Assembly: GCF_040938485.1 (NCBI RefSeq)
Contig: NW_027271024.1
Location: forward strand, 1,922,001 to 1,986,000
From: Diadema antillarum
Taxonomy: Eukaryota
Reading direction: 5' to 3'
Length of the DNA stretch: 64,000 nt
Of the stretch, positions 32,418 to 44,931 are shown in pieces (the first letter of the stretch is position 1; each line of letters opens with the position of its first letter). The notes below the pieces were generated by a model that did no database searches, was not told where the DNA came from, and saw nothing but the letters and a program-made list of their open reading frames with translations. The position numbers were made by a program, and so were the translations under genes.

Positions 32418-32912
32418 GAGTATATGAATATAAGAACGACCCAAGTCCATGGAAGACCATTTCGAGTAAACTAAAAAAAACTTCATATCTTTTTTGTTTG
32501 TCCAATAATATTCTATTTAACTGTGATGGGAAGGCAACATTGTATATACAAATTAGAACATATATTATTATGACAATTAACATTAACATTAATTGTGGAG
32601 AGGCCATTTTGTGTGATGGACTTGGGTCGTTCTTTGATTCATATGGACTTGGGTCGTTCTTTGATTCATAATATTCTGCTATAGAGATGAGAGAAGGACG
32701 AGAGAGGGCGCTATAATATGAATGTAAGAATGACCCAAGTCCTTCATTCTTACATTCATATAAGATTTAAGTCATTTATTTCAGGCACTTCCGGGGTTAA
32801 TTAGGATTTATCATTTATACACAAGATGAGTCCATGCATAAGCTACAATTTCCCATGTCAAACTGAATTTGGCCAAAAATTGGACTTGGGTCGTTCTTAT
32901 ATTCATATACTC
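32418..32912. mobile_element. 495-bp GAG-ended MITE (family B) with perfect 32-bp TIRs and AATT TSD
   Basis: AATT|GAGTATATGAATATAAGAACGACCCAAGTCCA...TGGACTTGGGTCGTTCTTATATTCATATACTC|AATT; three extra internal TIR-like copies. Confidence 0.9.
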
Positions 32913-33685
32913 AATTGTTATCACGTCATTAACTAATAATTAGGTTAGACACGCGTTTCGAACCAAGTGATGTAATTCAGCATAACAAAACTAGCTTTAG
33001 TCAGTAAGTTTGTTCTAATACTCATTTTGCATTATCTATTTTAATCATAGATAAATATAAAATATCTTACAAACGAACAGGAGCCTACCACATATACCGT
33101 TTTGATGTCACGGAATGACACAAACACAAGTAGTAACTATAAGGATCAGGATATAATCTGTATGATTATTCATCTTTGGAATGCATTGTCATAGTCAAAG
33201 TTCCAGTGATCTAAATTAAGCAGAAAATAATAATTTTACAAAACAATGCCTTCGGTAAAAGGATGATTTTTTTCCAAAGAAATTTGTCATCTATCTTTCT
33301 AACTGTACTATTGAATCGTACGTTATAGCCCTATCATATGCAATAAGAACATCGGAATAATTTTGTACATCAATAATGGAAAACACATTATGAGAAATTA
33401 TACTTCGAGTAAAAAACAGCAAAATGTATTTATTGATAAGAGAACTCTATCCCTATTTTCGGAATTACACTTGATGTAATTATTTTATCACGATTATTAT
33501 CATTATCTGTATAGGACTGCTTGTCACTCGGTAATGAGGCAGTTTCAGTTCCAATTTGTGCATCTCTTTCTATAATCATTTTTTTAAAAATTTTGATATC
33601 TTATTGCAGACATTTAATTCAACATGATTTTATTGAAATAAAAATCCAATGGTATGGTGGACAATCAAAGAAAGCAGTCAATTAA

Positions 33686-34254
33686 AGGACAAGTTCACCT
33701 TCATAAACATAAGGATTGAGAGAATGTAGCAATATTAGTAGAACACATCATTGAAAGTTTGAGGAAAATCAGACAATCCGTTCAAAAGTTATGAATTTTT
33801 GAAGTTTTTGTGCAGTACCCGCTGGATGAGAAGACTACTGCAGTGTATGAATAACTTAGATGTCACATGCGTACAACAATATAAGGAAAATATAAAGAGA
33901 ATTTCACAAAATTCCATCTTTTGAAAAAAGAACACATTCCCCTGACTCGTTACCGATAAATGTTATGGGTAATATTATTCCCCCTGCCTTTAGAAAGAGG
34001 CAAGTCAATTGCTCTTTTATTATGCGAAAAAAGTGAAAATATGTTGAATTTTCTTTTATATTTTCTTTATACTGTTGTACGCATATGACTCACAAGCTGT
34101 AGTAGTCTCCTCATCCAGCGGTTCCAACACAAAAATTTAAAAAATTCATAACTTTTGCATCGATTGTCCAATTTTCCTCAAACTTTCACTGATGTGTTCT
34201 ACCAATATTGTTGCATTTTCTCAATCCTTATGTTTATGAAGGTGAACTTGTCCT
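33686..34254. mobile_element. 569-bp Kolobok-like family K2 MITE, young copy
   Basis: Perfect 36-bp TIR AGGACAAGTTCACCTTCATAAACATAAGGATTGAGA with TTAA on both sides. Confidence 0.9.
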
Positions 34255-34569
34255 TTAATCAATCAATCAATGAGACATTATTTTTGTGTAAGATGAGAAA
34301 CAGACGAAGCAATTGCATGTTCATGCATACATAATATATATATAATACGTATAAGTATATAAATGTGTATAAACAATATAATCCAATGAATTAACCGAAA
34401 ATCACAATTTCGTGATAGACTCATGAAGATGAAGATAAACTTGGGAGAAAAAGCGTAACTTGAATCTCACCAATTGCAGGAATTTTGCCAAGTGGTCTTC
34501 TAAGAAAAACTTTCTCCAATAACCGTCCCTCTATGGCTCTGTTACACATCAAATTTTCTTCAAGCTCAG

Positions 34570-35592
34570 TCAATGTAGATTGTGATTATTCTGCTCCAGA
34601 TCGACATTGACTTTGTTACCATCGAGCCACCTGAATAAGGAGGAGAACATCTTCCTAAACGCCTTCCGGAAGAAGGGATTTTTAGTGCTGTAGATGAAGG
34701 GGTTCGCTGCTGAACTGATGTTCAGGAAGAAAAAGCTCACGTCGCTTGCGAGGACGTAAGCAAGATTACTTACGCCAACGAAATATCTGAAGGTAAACCA
34801 AACACATGTCGGGAATAAACTGATGCAAAAGATGACTACCAATAACAGGATGGCGCGTATTGCTTTCACCTCTTGCTTGAGCTTTGGTCCCGGAGGAGGG
34901 ATGCCCATGGGCGGGTGAGGAGCGGCCATCTGGATACGGCGTGCCTGGGATTTGGCGATGGCGAGAATTCGTAGGTTGCTGCCGATGACGACGATGCTGA
35001 ACATGACAATGAAGGCGCTGGTGACGACATTGTGATCTTTGCTGGACCAACTCCTGTTTGGCTCTGCAGTACAATACTCAATCACGGATTGGTCATCGCT
35101 AGAACCATGGGCAAACATAAAACCATACGTCAAACAACTCACCCACACCCCAATAATCACAGTGACCACTCGTCTGGATGTAACCATGGAGACGTATCGC
35201 AGGGGTCGAGTTATGGCGACATATTTGTCTACATTTACCAACACGATGACCACAGAAGACACGGAGGTGAAGACGAAGGCCCAGATTGAGAAATACACTG
35301 ACGGTGCAAAAGTGCACGTAGCGTGACTTTGAACAATTCTCCTGAAGACTTCTACAGGTATGGCAACCAGACCCGTCAAGAGATCCGCTAAGGCCAGACA
35401 AGCCAAGAGAAGGTAGCTTGGTTCCCTCAGTGTCGGTTCCCTCCGTATGGCGAGCATGACTAGAGCGTTGCCGATTACGATGACAATGGCGAGAGGTGTG
35501 AAAGCGACAATCATCAGAGACTTATGGAGATGAGATTCCATAAAGACGAAATCTGTGTCCTGTGGTGAGCTTGAGTTGTTAGAAAATTCCAT
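34570..35592 (-). CDS. Intronless class A orphan GPCR, copy 2 (340 aa)
   Basis: Same motif set with DKY for DRY; start placed at MEFSNN (ATG 35592) by alignment with copies 3 and 4. Confidence 0.95.
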   Translation of the reverse strand: MEFSNNSSSPQDTDFVFMESHLHKSLMIVAFTPLAIVIVIGNALVMLAIRREPTLREPSYLLLACLALADLLTGLVAIPVEVFRRIVQSHATCTFAPSVYFSIWAFVFTSVSSVVIVLVNVDKYVAITRPLRYVSMVTSRRVVTVIIGVWVSCLTYGFMFAHGSSDDQSVIEYCTAEPNRSWSSKDHNVVTSAFIVMFSIVVIGSNLRILAIAKSQARRIQMAAPHPPMGIPPPGPKLKQEVKAIRAILLLVVIFCISLFPTCVWFTFRYFVGVSNLAYVLASDVSFFFLNISSAANPFIYSTKNPFFRKAFRKMFSSLFRWLDGNKVNVDLEQNNHNLH

Positions 35593-36879
35593 TGTTGTCT
35601 TGTATAGTATCAGTAAACACAATGACTATTTTGCTATGTATCACTCTGCCTCAAAGTTCCTTTGGAGGAGGCCTATAGGGCCTATATACTGGAAAAATAT
35701 CCTCGTACAATTTTTTTTTCTTATGAGATTTTCACATTTCTGCTCTTACCATCCGCTTGCATATTGCTAATCCAAACTTTTTTAACATTGTAACAGTTGA
35801 TATTTAAGATATGTCATATCCGACATCATGAGGACAATTGTTTGTGAAGGTGGCCTACAGTTCTACCTCGTGGTTCTCATGCAGCACATTATGACTTTCT
35901 ACCAGAGTACACCATCTGACAAACAAGAAAGCGAACAACATACTTTGCTCTCAAGAGCTGTCCTCTTAGAGATCCTGGACATCCAAGAGTCACAAGAATT
36001 GTTGATAAAGGCTCATCCGATTACGAATATGATTCCTCTGAATAAAACATTGGGGAGTCATACCACTTACCCCACTGATAGACCAAAAACAAGCTTAAGA
36101 GGCAGTCAAACGAAAGTTTATCACATAGGTCCAAAGGCACGTATATTGAAGAATCCCTCGTACTTATTGATTCTCGCATAAAACTGTAAATATATCAGAT
36201 TGTTCGCGCCGTCGGGGTCAAAAGAGTATGCAGACATTGCTTGCCGTAATACAAAAGTGATCCGGAAGTTTGAAAGCCGTTTGGAAGAATGACTCGATCT
36301 CTCACACCAAAATTGTTTCCATGAAATTTATTCTGGCGAAGCCTCTGATGGCAAAGCCTCTGCATGGCGAAACCAACTGATCAGTAGTCTTTGCATGGTG
36401 ACATTGTTGCACTCCGACACGAATACTCGTCGAGCCAGTGAAATTAAAATCCTTGAACTGGCCGGACCATGGAGCATAACGAAGGGACTCTTGTCACTGA
36501 AGAGCATTCATAGGGTAATGAAAAGGGGTTGATTTGATTGCTCGAATTGAATAAACCAATCAGAGTACCTCCTGACAGAATGCTAAATATTCATTTCCTT
36601 GAACTCGTCCCGCATTATAAAAACCACAACGCAGAGCATGTAAATAAACATGTTCGGTTTGGGTGATTTTTTTTTTTTCCATCACCCATTGTTGGACTAT
36701 AATGTAATCTGCACCCTCAGCCTTGTCTGAATTAGACATTGTGATTTGCTTATTTTACTTTAATGTACATTTCAGACAAAATTGCGGCTCCAGTAGGGTC
36801 CTATACATGCCAACGATGGTTGATTAATTACCTTTATTCATTTGCTCATGTTTTTCTTCAAGAATACCGGTAGTAGTTG

Positions 36880-37045
36880 ATAATGATAATGATAATAATG
36901 ATAATACCACTAATGAAATTAATTATAATCATTATTATTATCATATCATTGTTGTAATCGTTATAACAATGATAGTAATCATAATAGAGACATTAACGCG
37001 GTACCCACCCACTTGGGTGCTCAAGGCGCTCGCAGTTATTGTTCA
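36880..37045 (-). mobile_element. L2-type LINE/SINE 3' end with (ATT/ATC)n tail
   Basis: Minus strand GAGCGCCTTGAGCACCCAAG...CGCG followed by an ATT/ATC-rich tail. Confidence 0.45.
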
Positions 37046-37972
37046 TAAAAACACAATTTGTCAGTAGGCCTATACATACAGCTGCGTCAGAGGGCAGGCA
37101 CAATATTAAGTTTGCTGTTTTACAACGGTACCCCGATGTATTCATACAGATAAAAATGACACGTAGTAACATGATACATGTGTATACACAAATACAACAC
37201 AACGAATTGAACAACAGACTTGCATACAAACATCGATGGTAAAACAGAACTGGAGAAGGTTAGAGTGACTATTAAGGAGTGTCTGAGGAGTGTGACAATG
37301 AAAAGTGAAAAAGCTTTAACTGTTGGATTCAGGTTGAAAAAGAGATTACGCATGCGGATAAATCTTGCACAATTTTCTCTAAATATTGAACATTGCCGGT
37401 ATTAAGAGTCGAAGTCATCTCTGACAATGTTTACTGCAATGATATGGTTAGTCTTTTGAAATGGGAGCTACCGGCGCATGTAAAGGAACGTGTTTTGTTT
37501 TTGTTTTTGTTTTTTTCTGCACGAAATCGGTTTCGTGTAATACATTGATGAAGTGAGAATATTTTGCTTTTTGCATAAAAAAGAAGTAGGCAAGTACAGG
37601 CAAGAGAAGGTGACTATGAAATATTGTTGATTTGATTTGATTGGTGTTAGTTGATTTGATTTATTGGTTCTTGCATTATCGTTGTACGCGAGCATACATG
37701 GACATTTAATACGTACACACATTGTTGGTATACCTTGTAATTATAAACATACGTTGATTTAACTTGATTACAAAGTACTTGTGTCTCCACTGGTTTTACA
37801 ATATGTAACAAAACGTTTCAGCAATACAAGTACTGCAACTTAAACGTAGCTTGATTTGTTTGCAGCCCTTGATAGAAGAATAGTAAGGAGGGACGACTTG
37901 CGTAGGGATAGGATAGAATAAAGGAGAAAGGAAAGGAGAGGTCTGTCTGATTTCATCAAGGTTTACGCAAAG

Positions 37973-38771
37973 TTAGATTTTATCTATTTATTCATTTTAC
38001 TTCTAATCTTTTGTCAGGGTAGCCCATTCACCAATAAATAGTTGTCTTCTATGGAGCCCTGAATAATATTGATAGAACAGTAATCAAACTGTGGTAACAC
38101 TAGACTATTATAAAGTAATTTTAGGGACTGTTGGGGCAAAAAGGCCTTCGCTCTCTTTATCATGCAGACACTTTTCAGGGTACGTTTACATACATTTTCG
38201 ATTTGTTTAGACCATTTCAGTTCTTCATCTATTAAAACACCTAAACATTTGGTGAACTGAACTCTTTTAATCAGATTACCATCTAATGAAATACTGAAAT
38301 TTTCAATTTTCCCGAGATTAGCACGGGAGCCGATAATCATGACAGAAGTTTTGTCAGTGTTAAGGACGAGACGATTTTCTTAATCCACCCCATAACTTTG
38401 TTTAGTGCAACAGTTATCTTTTCTTCTAAAACTGCTGCGTCATTAGCACTGACAGTGAGGGTCGTATCGTCAGCGTACATATCCATAACACCTTCTGAAG
38501 TACACTCGGATAGACTGTTGACATAAATTGAAAATAAAAGGGGACCAAGAATTAACCCTTGAGGTACACCTAATTTGATAGTTGAAGGGTGGGACTTTAA
38601 TTTATGCAAAAGTAGGTCAAGATCTACAGTGTCAAATGCCTTCCGAAGATCTATGAAGGCAACTCCAGAAATTTGATTATTATCTATATTCAAAGACCAC
38701 TGGTTCACAAGTTTTGCAAGAGCAGTTGATGTGGAATGAAATGGTCTAAAACCAGATTACCTGGAACACTG
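37973..38771 (-). mobile_element. Truncated, internally deleted non-LTR retrotransposon (CR1/L2/Crack-like) reverse transcriptase fragment
   Basis: SGFRPFHSTSTAL, FIDLRKAFDTVD, GVPQGLILGPLLF, YADDT, KCLGVLIDEEL motifs over two frames; absent at the paralogous site about 58838. Confidence 0.92.
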
Positions 38772-40690
38772 ACCATCGTAATTTGATTGTATCTTAAGAG
38801 TTTGATATTTTTTTTTTCTTAAACAGAGTGTCATCAAATTAATGTTCCAAGCGAAGAACCATGGGGTGTATTAATAACAACCAACAACCAGCACTAATCA
38901 GGCACACTTGTGCTGCATCCTTTGAATTTTTGCATGTTGGGTAATAGGAGAGCAAAGTAAAAATTGATCTACACGGTGTTTTTGTTGTTGTTGTAGTGAT
39001 CTGTTATGGCCAATTTAACGTTCGATTGCTCGAGATATCTTATTCCACGTGTATGATTGTTCTTCAGTGGTTGTGAACATGATACCAAGGGTGTTTAACA
39101 CAATCAGTACTTTCTAATATATCATATTACATTATCATTGATACGTTTTTTTTTACATTTTTCGTTTTCGACCTAAACATTACCTTAGTGTACTCAGAAT
39201 ACAAAAACACACCATAACTTTTTAACCATGCATCTTTTAATCACAATTGGATCTATAGGTAGATAGCAGGCAAACAAAATGAATTGCAAAATCACGTCTG
39301 GCAAATCGCACGTAAAGCTTTTAAGTTCTCTGTCCCTCTCTCTCTCTCTTAATTTTCGTCATTTTTCTGTCTTTCAAGAGAAAATTATCATCATTACGGA
39401 TGCAATAACATATTCATCGAGCAAAATGTATTTGTTTTTTACATCTAGATGTACGCACAAATTACGTCAACGTTTTAATATTAACTAGGTTGTTCAATCA
39501 GACATGCCTTTTGAACAATGTGTATTCAGTAGGCCCTATATTAGTAAAGGTAAAGTTTGTTCTCATACTTATATTCCAGTATTCATTTGTTTTGACCGAG
39601 CATATAAGATATCATCATTATAAACGAACAAGTTTGTTCAACATGTTTACGAAATGATATAAAAATGTTATCCATGGTTATTCATCTTTGTCATGCATTG
39701 TGATTGCCATACCTTGCAGTAACACAACAAAGTTTTTCAGTCAGACGAGCGTTTTGCAACAATACATGTGTATTCATGATATTGACGCTATATAAAGTTG
39801 ATTCTTATATTTATTTTCGAGTATGTATTCATTTGATTGCTCCGACCGAGCATATAACATATAAACAAAACACGAAACTATACATAGTATACCGTTGATG
39901 TATGTTTATGAAATGATACAAACACAAACCTGTATAGAAGTAGGATATAATACATGGTTATTCATCTGTATCATGCATTGTGATTGCATAAGCTGCAATG
40001 ATCTTTTTAGCCATGGAATGTCAGTTTGTATATTAAAGAACAAAATGTTTTTTTTTTTACCTAACTGTCATATACAAACACTTTTAATTACCGTTGATTT
40101 GTTTTCTACAGTTATGTTACCTCATAAGCAAAGTGACGAAGGCTGTAGGCCTATAATTACAAATGAATAATTTGTGTATCAAATAGAAAGCAAATTTGGG
40201 AAAAGACAACTTGAGTAAAAGCGACAGAAAGGTATAATAATGAGAGAAAAGCTATCTCTGCCTTTATCATGATTTTTATCATTATCGGTAATAGGCTTAT
40301 GACTGTAAGATTATTATCCAGTAATGAACTGGGATTTTTATTTCCAGTGTGTTTACTGTTTTTGTGTGTATTTGACTGCATTTTATGTATATAATTATGT
40401 TGTCTATATACGTTAAAATATCTACGCCATGATACACTGAGCAGATAATCAACATAATTAAAAAAAACACAATCAATTAATAAATCAGTCAATCAGAAGA
40501 GAAACAAACCAAGCAAACTTACAGCAGCACCATATGACCCGCTGAACAGACAAGCAAAATGACATGATGCACCCACGAAGATAATATCCGAAAGAAATAC
40601 AAAATATTGACTTCAAACCCTTTGTGGCAGAGAGGACCCCCACCCCGTCTTTCAATGGTGCTGACACATCACAATGTTCTTCAAGCTCAG

Positions 40691-41713
40691 TCAGTGTAGA
40701 TTGTGATTATTCTCCTCTAGATCGACATTGACTTTGTTACCAGCGAGCCACTTGAAAAAGGAGGGGAGCATCTTCCTAAACGCCTTCCGGAAGAAAGGAT
40801 TTTTAGTGCTGTAGATGAAAGGGTTCGCTGCTGAACTGATGTTCATGAAGTAAAAGCTGATGTCGTTTGCGAGTAAGAAAGCAAGATTACTCACCTCAAA
40901 GAAATATCTGAATGTAAACCAAACGGTTATCGGGAATAAGCTGACGCAGAAGATGACTACAAGGAGTAGGATAGAGCGAATTGCTTTCACCTCTTGCTTG
41001 AGCTTGAGTCCTGGAGGAGGGATGCCCATGGGCGGGTAAGGAGCCGCCATCTTGATGCGGCGTGCCTGAGATTTGGCGATGGCGAGAATCCGGAGGTTGC
41101 TACCGATGACGACGAGGCTAGACACGATGATGAAAGCGCCGGTGAGAAGATGGTATATTTTCTTGGACAACATCCTGTTGGAATCTGTGGTGCAATAACC
41201 CGTGACGGATTGGTCCGAGCCAGCGCCATAGGTATACATGAGACCGCACGTCACACCAAGCAACCAGACCCCAACGATCACCATGACCACTCGTCTGGAG
41301 GTAACCAATGAGACGTACTGCAAGGGCCGAGTTATGGCGATGTATTTGTCTACATTCACCAGTACGATGACCGTAAGAGAAACACAGGTGAAGATGTAGG
41401 ACCAGATTGAGAAATACACTGCCGTTGCCTCCGCGCACGTAGTGTGACTTTGAAATATTCTGCTGAAGACTTCCACAGGTATGGCAACCAGACCAGCCAG
41501 TAAATCTGCGAGGGAAAGACAAGCTATGAGGAGGTTGCCTGCTTCCCTCAGCGTCGGTTCCCTCCGTATGGCGAGCATGACTAGAGCGTTGCCGATTACG
41601 ATGACGATGACGAGAGGTGTGAAAGTGGCAATCAACAGAGACCGATGGAGGGGAGTTTCTATTAGGGTGGAATGCAATCCCTGTGGTAAGCTTGAGGTGT
41701 TAGAAAATTCCAT
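40691..41713 (-). CDS. Intronless class A orphan GPCR, copy 3 (340 aa)
   Basis: GNALV, LSLADLL, DKYIAITRPLQY, NPFIY; paralog of copies 1, 2 and 4. Confidence 0.95.
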   Translation of the reverse strand: MEFSNTSSLPQGLHSTLIETPLHRSLLIATFTPLVIVIVIGNALVMLAIRREPTLREAGNLLIACLSLADLLAGLVAIPVEVFSRIFQSHTTCAEATAVYFSIWSYIFTCVSLTVIVLVNVDKYIAITRPLQYVSLVTSRRVVMVIVGVWLLGVTCGLMYTYGAGSDQSVTGYCTTDSNRMLSKKIYHLLTGAFIIVSSLVVIGSNLRILAIAKSQARRIKMAAPYPPMGIPPPGLKLKQEVKAIRSILLLVVIFCVSLFPITVWFTFRYFFEVSNLAFLLANDISFYFMNISSAANPFIYSTKNPFFRKAFRKMLPSFFKWLAGNKVNVDLEENNHNLH

Positions 41714-43110
41714 GTTGTGTTCTCAGCAAACTCAAGGACTTACCGTAGCTCAGGATTTTGTCTAAAAGTTCATTTGAAGTATAATGGCATCAATTAAAAT
41801 AACTGGGCTATTAGAAAAAAAAATGTTCCGCTTACAGATTTGTCAGTTTCTGTTCTTACAAAACGGTTGCTTTCTACTAAACAAACCTGTTTGTCATAAG
41901 TTAGAGTTGTGATGTATATGGATACTTGACATCATGAGTACAGTTATGTGAAGGTGACTGATGATAGCTCTACCTCCCATCCACATGATCCATGTAGCAG
42001 CCATCCATGAGTCACAAGAGATTGTTTATACAATCTTCCGATTACGAAAATGATTTGGAAAACAACATTGGTCAGTTACAACACTTTTCGACTGGAGCAA
42101 AAACGAAATGAAGATGAAACCAAACGAAAATCTGTCACTCAGATCCAAAGACACACGTAATATCAAAGAATCCCGCCTGCTTCTTGATTCTCGTCTAAAA
42201 GGGTATCAGTTTTTTTAGCGTTATGTGAGCCAATTAATGTCAGAATAATACTGTATTCTGTTATTGCTTGCCGTAATAAGTATGATCTCTAGAAATTTGA
42301 AAACGTTCTGGAAGACCGGCTTTTCTCACGTCCAAATTGTTTTTATGGAATACTTCTGACGAAGCCTCACAGTCTGCCGAAGCCAGTAGATATAGTCCTG
42401 GTTATAGTTCGCAAGAAATTATCGTTGAGCGAGTAATGTGACTATCATTGAGCTGGACTGTGGAATATACAGATGAACGGATTCATGGTCTTCTGAGTAT
42501 ACCAATGATTGAGATAACGAAAAGAGGCTGATTATGTTGTTAGAATTTTATGAACCAATCTGAACGCCTCTCGACAGAATACTAAATGATAAATGCATTA
42601 ACTACGTTAATGTACCACAGCGCGGAGCCGGAGTACAGGATGGAGTGTGTAGAGCTGATCGGTTTGGGTGCAGTGTTTTTTTTTCTTTTTTTTTTCAATG
42701 TCTATTTCAGACATAAGGGGGGGGGGGGTGAGTCAGTGTCATTATGCCAATAATGTTTTATGCACTGCGGCGTTAGAATACACCTGATTCATTGCATATC
42801 CCATTGAATCATCTGTTGTTGTTGTTTTTTTTTTGGAAGTACCCCCTCCCCCTCCCCCCCCCCCCCCCCGTTATGGCCGACATAAGTAACAGTGTTTTAA
42901 AACAAGTCTACCCATGGTCATGAGACGATATTATGTTTGGTGTGATCGTTTAAGTATGGTATAAGTACTATAGGTGAGCCAGGCCTTATACCTCCTTGAT
43001 GTGATGTAGCAAGACAGAGTGCGGTGATAAAATTCATATATACATTATACTACTGTATTGTACAGTGAGCTACGCATAGTCGAATTCGCGTGAGAGAAAA
43101 CTTATATCGG
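41714..43110 (+). repeat. GPCR upstream block, paralogous to 50405-51870 and more distantly to 28325-29570 and 35593-36700
   Basis: Anchors CAAAGTTCCTTTG, TTCCGATTAC-AA-ATGATT, TCTCAC-CCAAA-TTG, TTCTG-C-AAGCCTC, CCACAGCGCGGAGCCGGAGTACAGG, GAATTCGC-TGAGA. Confidence 0.85.
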
Positions 43111-44931
43111 TAAATTAAAGTACTAAACATATCAGTCATTCGCCATACGGCCATGTGCTATTAACCAGTTTTGTCCGACATTGATTTGATGTCTTTAGCT
43201 ATCTGTGCGACTTTTGTGCACATTTGACTCATTGACACGGAAAAGGTAAAACGGTTGTACCGATTGTCCAATTAGATGAATATCATGAATTTCGCTTGAA
43301 TTCAACGTGTGAGTTGCAGTACATAAGTTTTGTTTTCTTATCCAGTCATACATTGCAGAAACCACTTTTGACTTTTGAGAAATTGTATATGAACGGAAAG
43401 AGGAGAACTTCTTCTTTACAGTCACATGCGTATCTTAAATGATGAAGGTGAAATATTGCGACCGCGAGACAGGAAACAACAAGTGTCATTTTAATGGACG
43501 AAATCATGTACGAGTATTAACCGCAGTTCAATTTTGTCCACGAAGTGGCACATTGGGTCGCGCGCCTAGTGTGTCCTGTGTATTCGCGAGTACAATAAGA
43601 GGATTTCTGAGATGCGATATTGAAATTGTCCTTGCGATCGGGTTTTTTTGTGTGGAATATATGTGATTTATTGTCCAGGGAAGCAAGAAGGGTATTCTTT
43701 TTCACCAACTATAACCATGATTTTTGTTTTTCAAATCGAGGAGACAATATATCAACACCACAAAGTTGCAGACATTTGTGCCATTTCGTGAACGAAATCA
43801 TACGCGTATTTAAACGTTGTTCCATTAATTCCACGAAGTGGCACATTGGCCGCCCGCACGACATGCCGTACGTGCACCTTGTTCATAACAATGAGGTATT
43901 CACGTGTGTTTTAATCTACGAAATTACTTTCAATCATTTGTGCATCCTTAACAGTGAAAGTGTAAACATTTTCGCGATATTTGTTTTGAAAATGTGTAAT
44001 TTTGTTATAAACCCTAAATGATTGTCTTCTTGGCTATATCACAAGAACAACAACTTCATGTAATAAACAAGCACTGTTGCAGCTATTTTCAGTGCCTTTT
44101 TGTGTTGATATGATGACAAGGGGTTGATTTCTAATCACAATTATTCTCCTCATCTGTACATTTACTCCAATGTATAGTGAGCCCTTTTTTCTTTAAATAC
44201 TTGATGTTTCACCATGCTCACAGTCGTGATTAACGCCTCAACGTCACATGCAGACTTTGTTTTACAGTGAAGTCTACTTTCTCTTTCTTTCTTTCTTTCT
44301 TTCTCTCTCTCTGCCTATATCATTAAGGTATTTTATGCCTATCTCATCAACCATAATCAGTCTTTTTTATTATACTTCATATTCCAAAAGAATTCTCACT
44401 TCTTTCATTCGTCTATACAAAATATAGCAGAACAAAAACAAATCCACATAATGATAAAGTTTGAATAAAGAATGTACGAAAACATGATCAAATCGATCCC
44501 CAGAAATCATTTTCCTGTTTTGTGCTATAAAACGCTTCATATTTTATTTCCTTCTTCACTGAAAAAGTAAAATGGTCATTATTTTGACAGAGCAATTTAA
44601 AATTATCTTTTAACACTGTTTCAGACTCAAAAATATGCTTAAATTTCAAACATGTAATGGAAATTTAGTATTGAGAAATTGACAGTTAACTTCATATTGC
44701 ATTTTCATCTTATTGTAATAACACAATTATATTCTGAAGGTATGTGAAAGAATAGATAATTATATTTTCATATATATATTACGATTTAAAGCAAATTACA
44801 TTCTAGGATAGGCCAGCTGCAGAACAGATTAAAAATAACACTACAGCAGTTTCTTTGTGTGTTTTTTCTCGTCCACTTTAAGCTAGTGATAAGCGGAAGA
44901 AAATGAATAATTCTGTGAAACACAAACCTTC

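Noticed and set aside
32600-32760. Short direct repeats TGGACTTGGGTCGTTCTTTGATTCATA suggesting a CRISPR-like array
   Set aside because: Only two adjacent copies with no spacer; they are internal TIR copies of the family B MITE; eukaryotic context, no cas genes.
35593-35622. 10-aa N-terminal extension of GPCR copy 2 in the ORF track
   Set aside because: Depends on a non-ATG start; paralogs begin at MEFSN.
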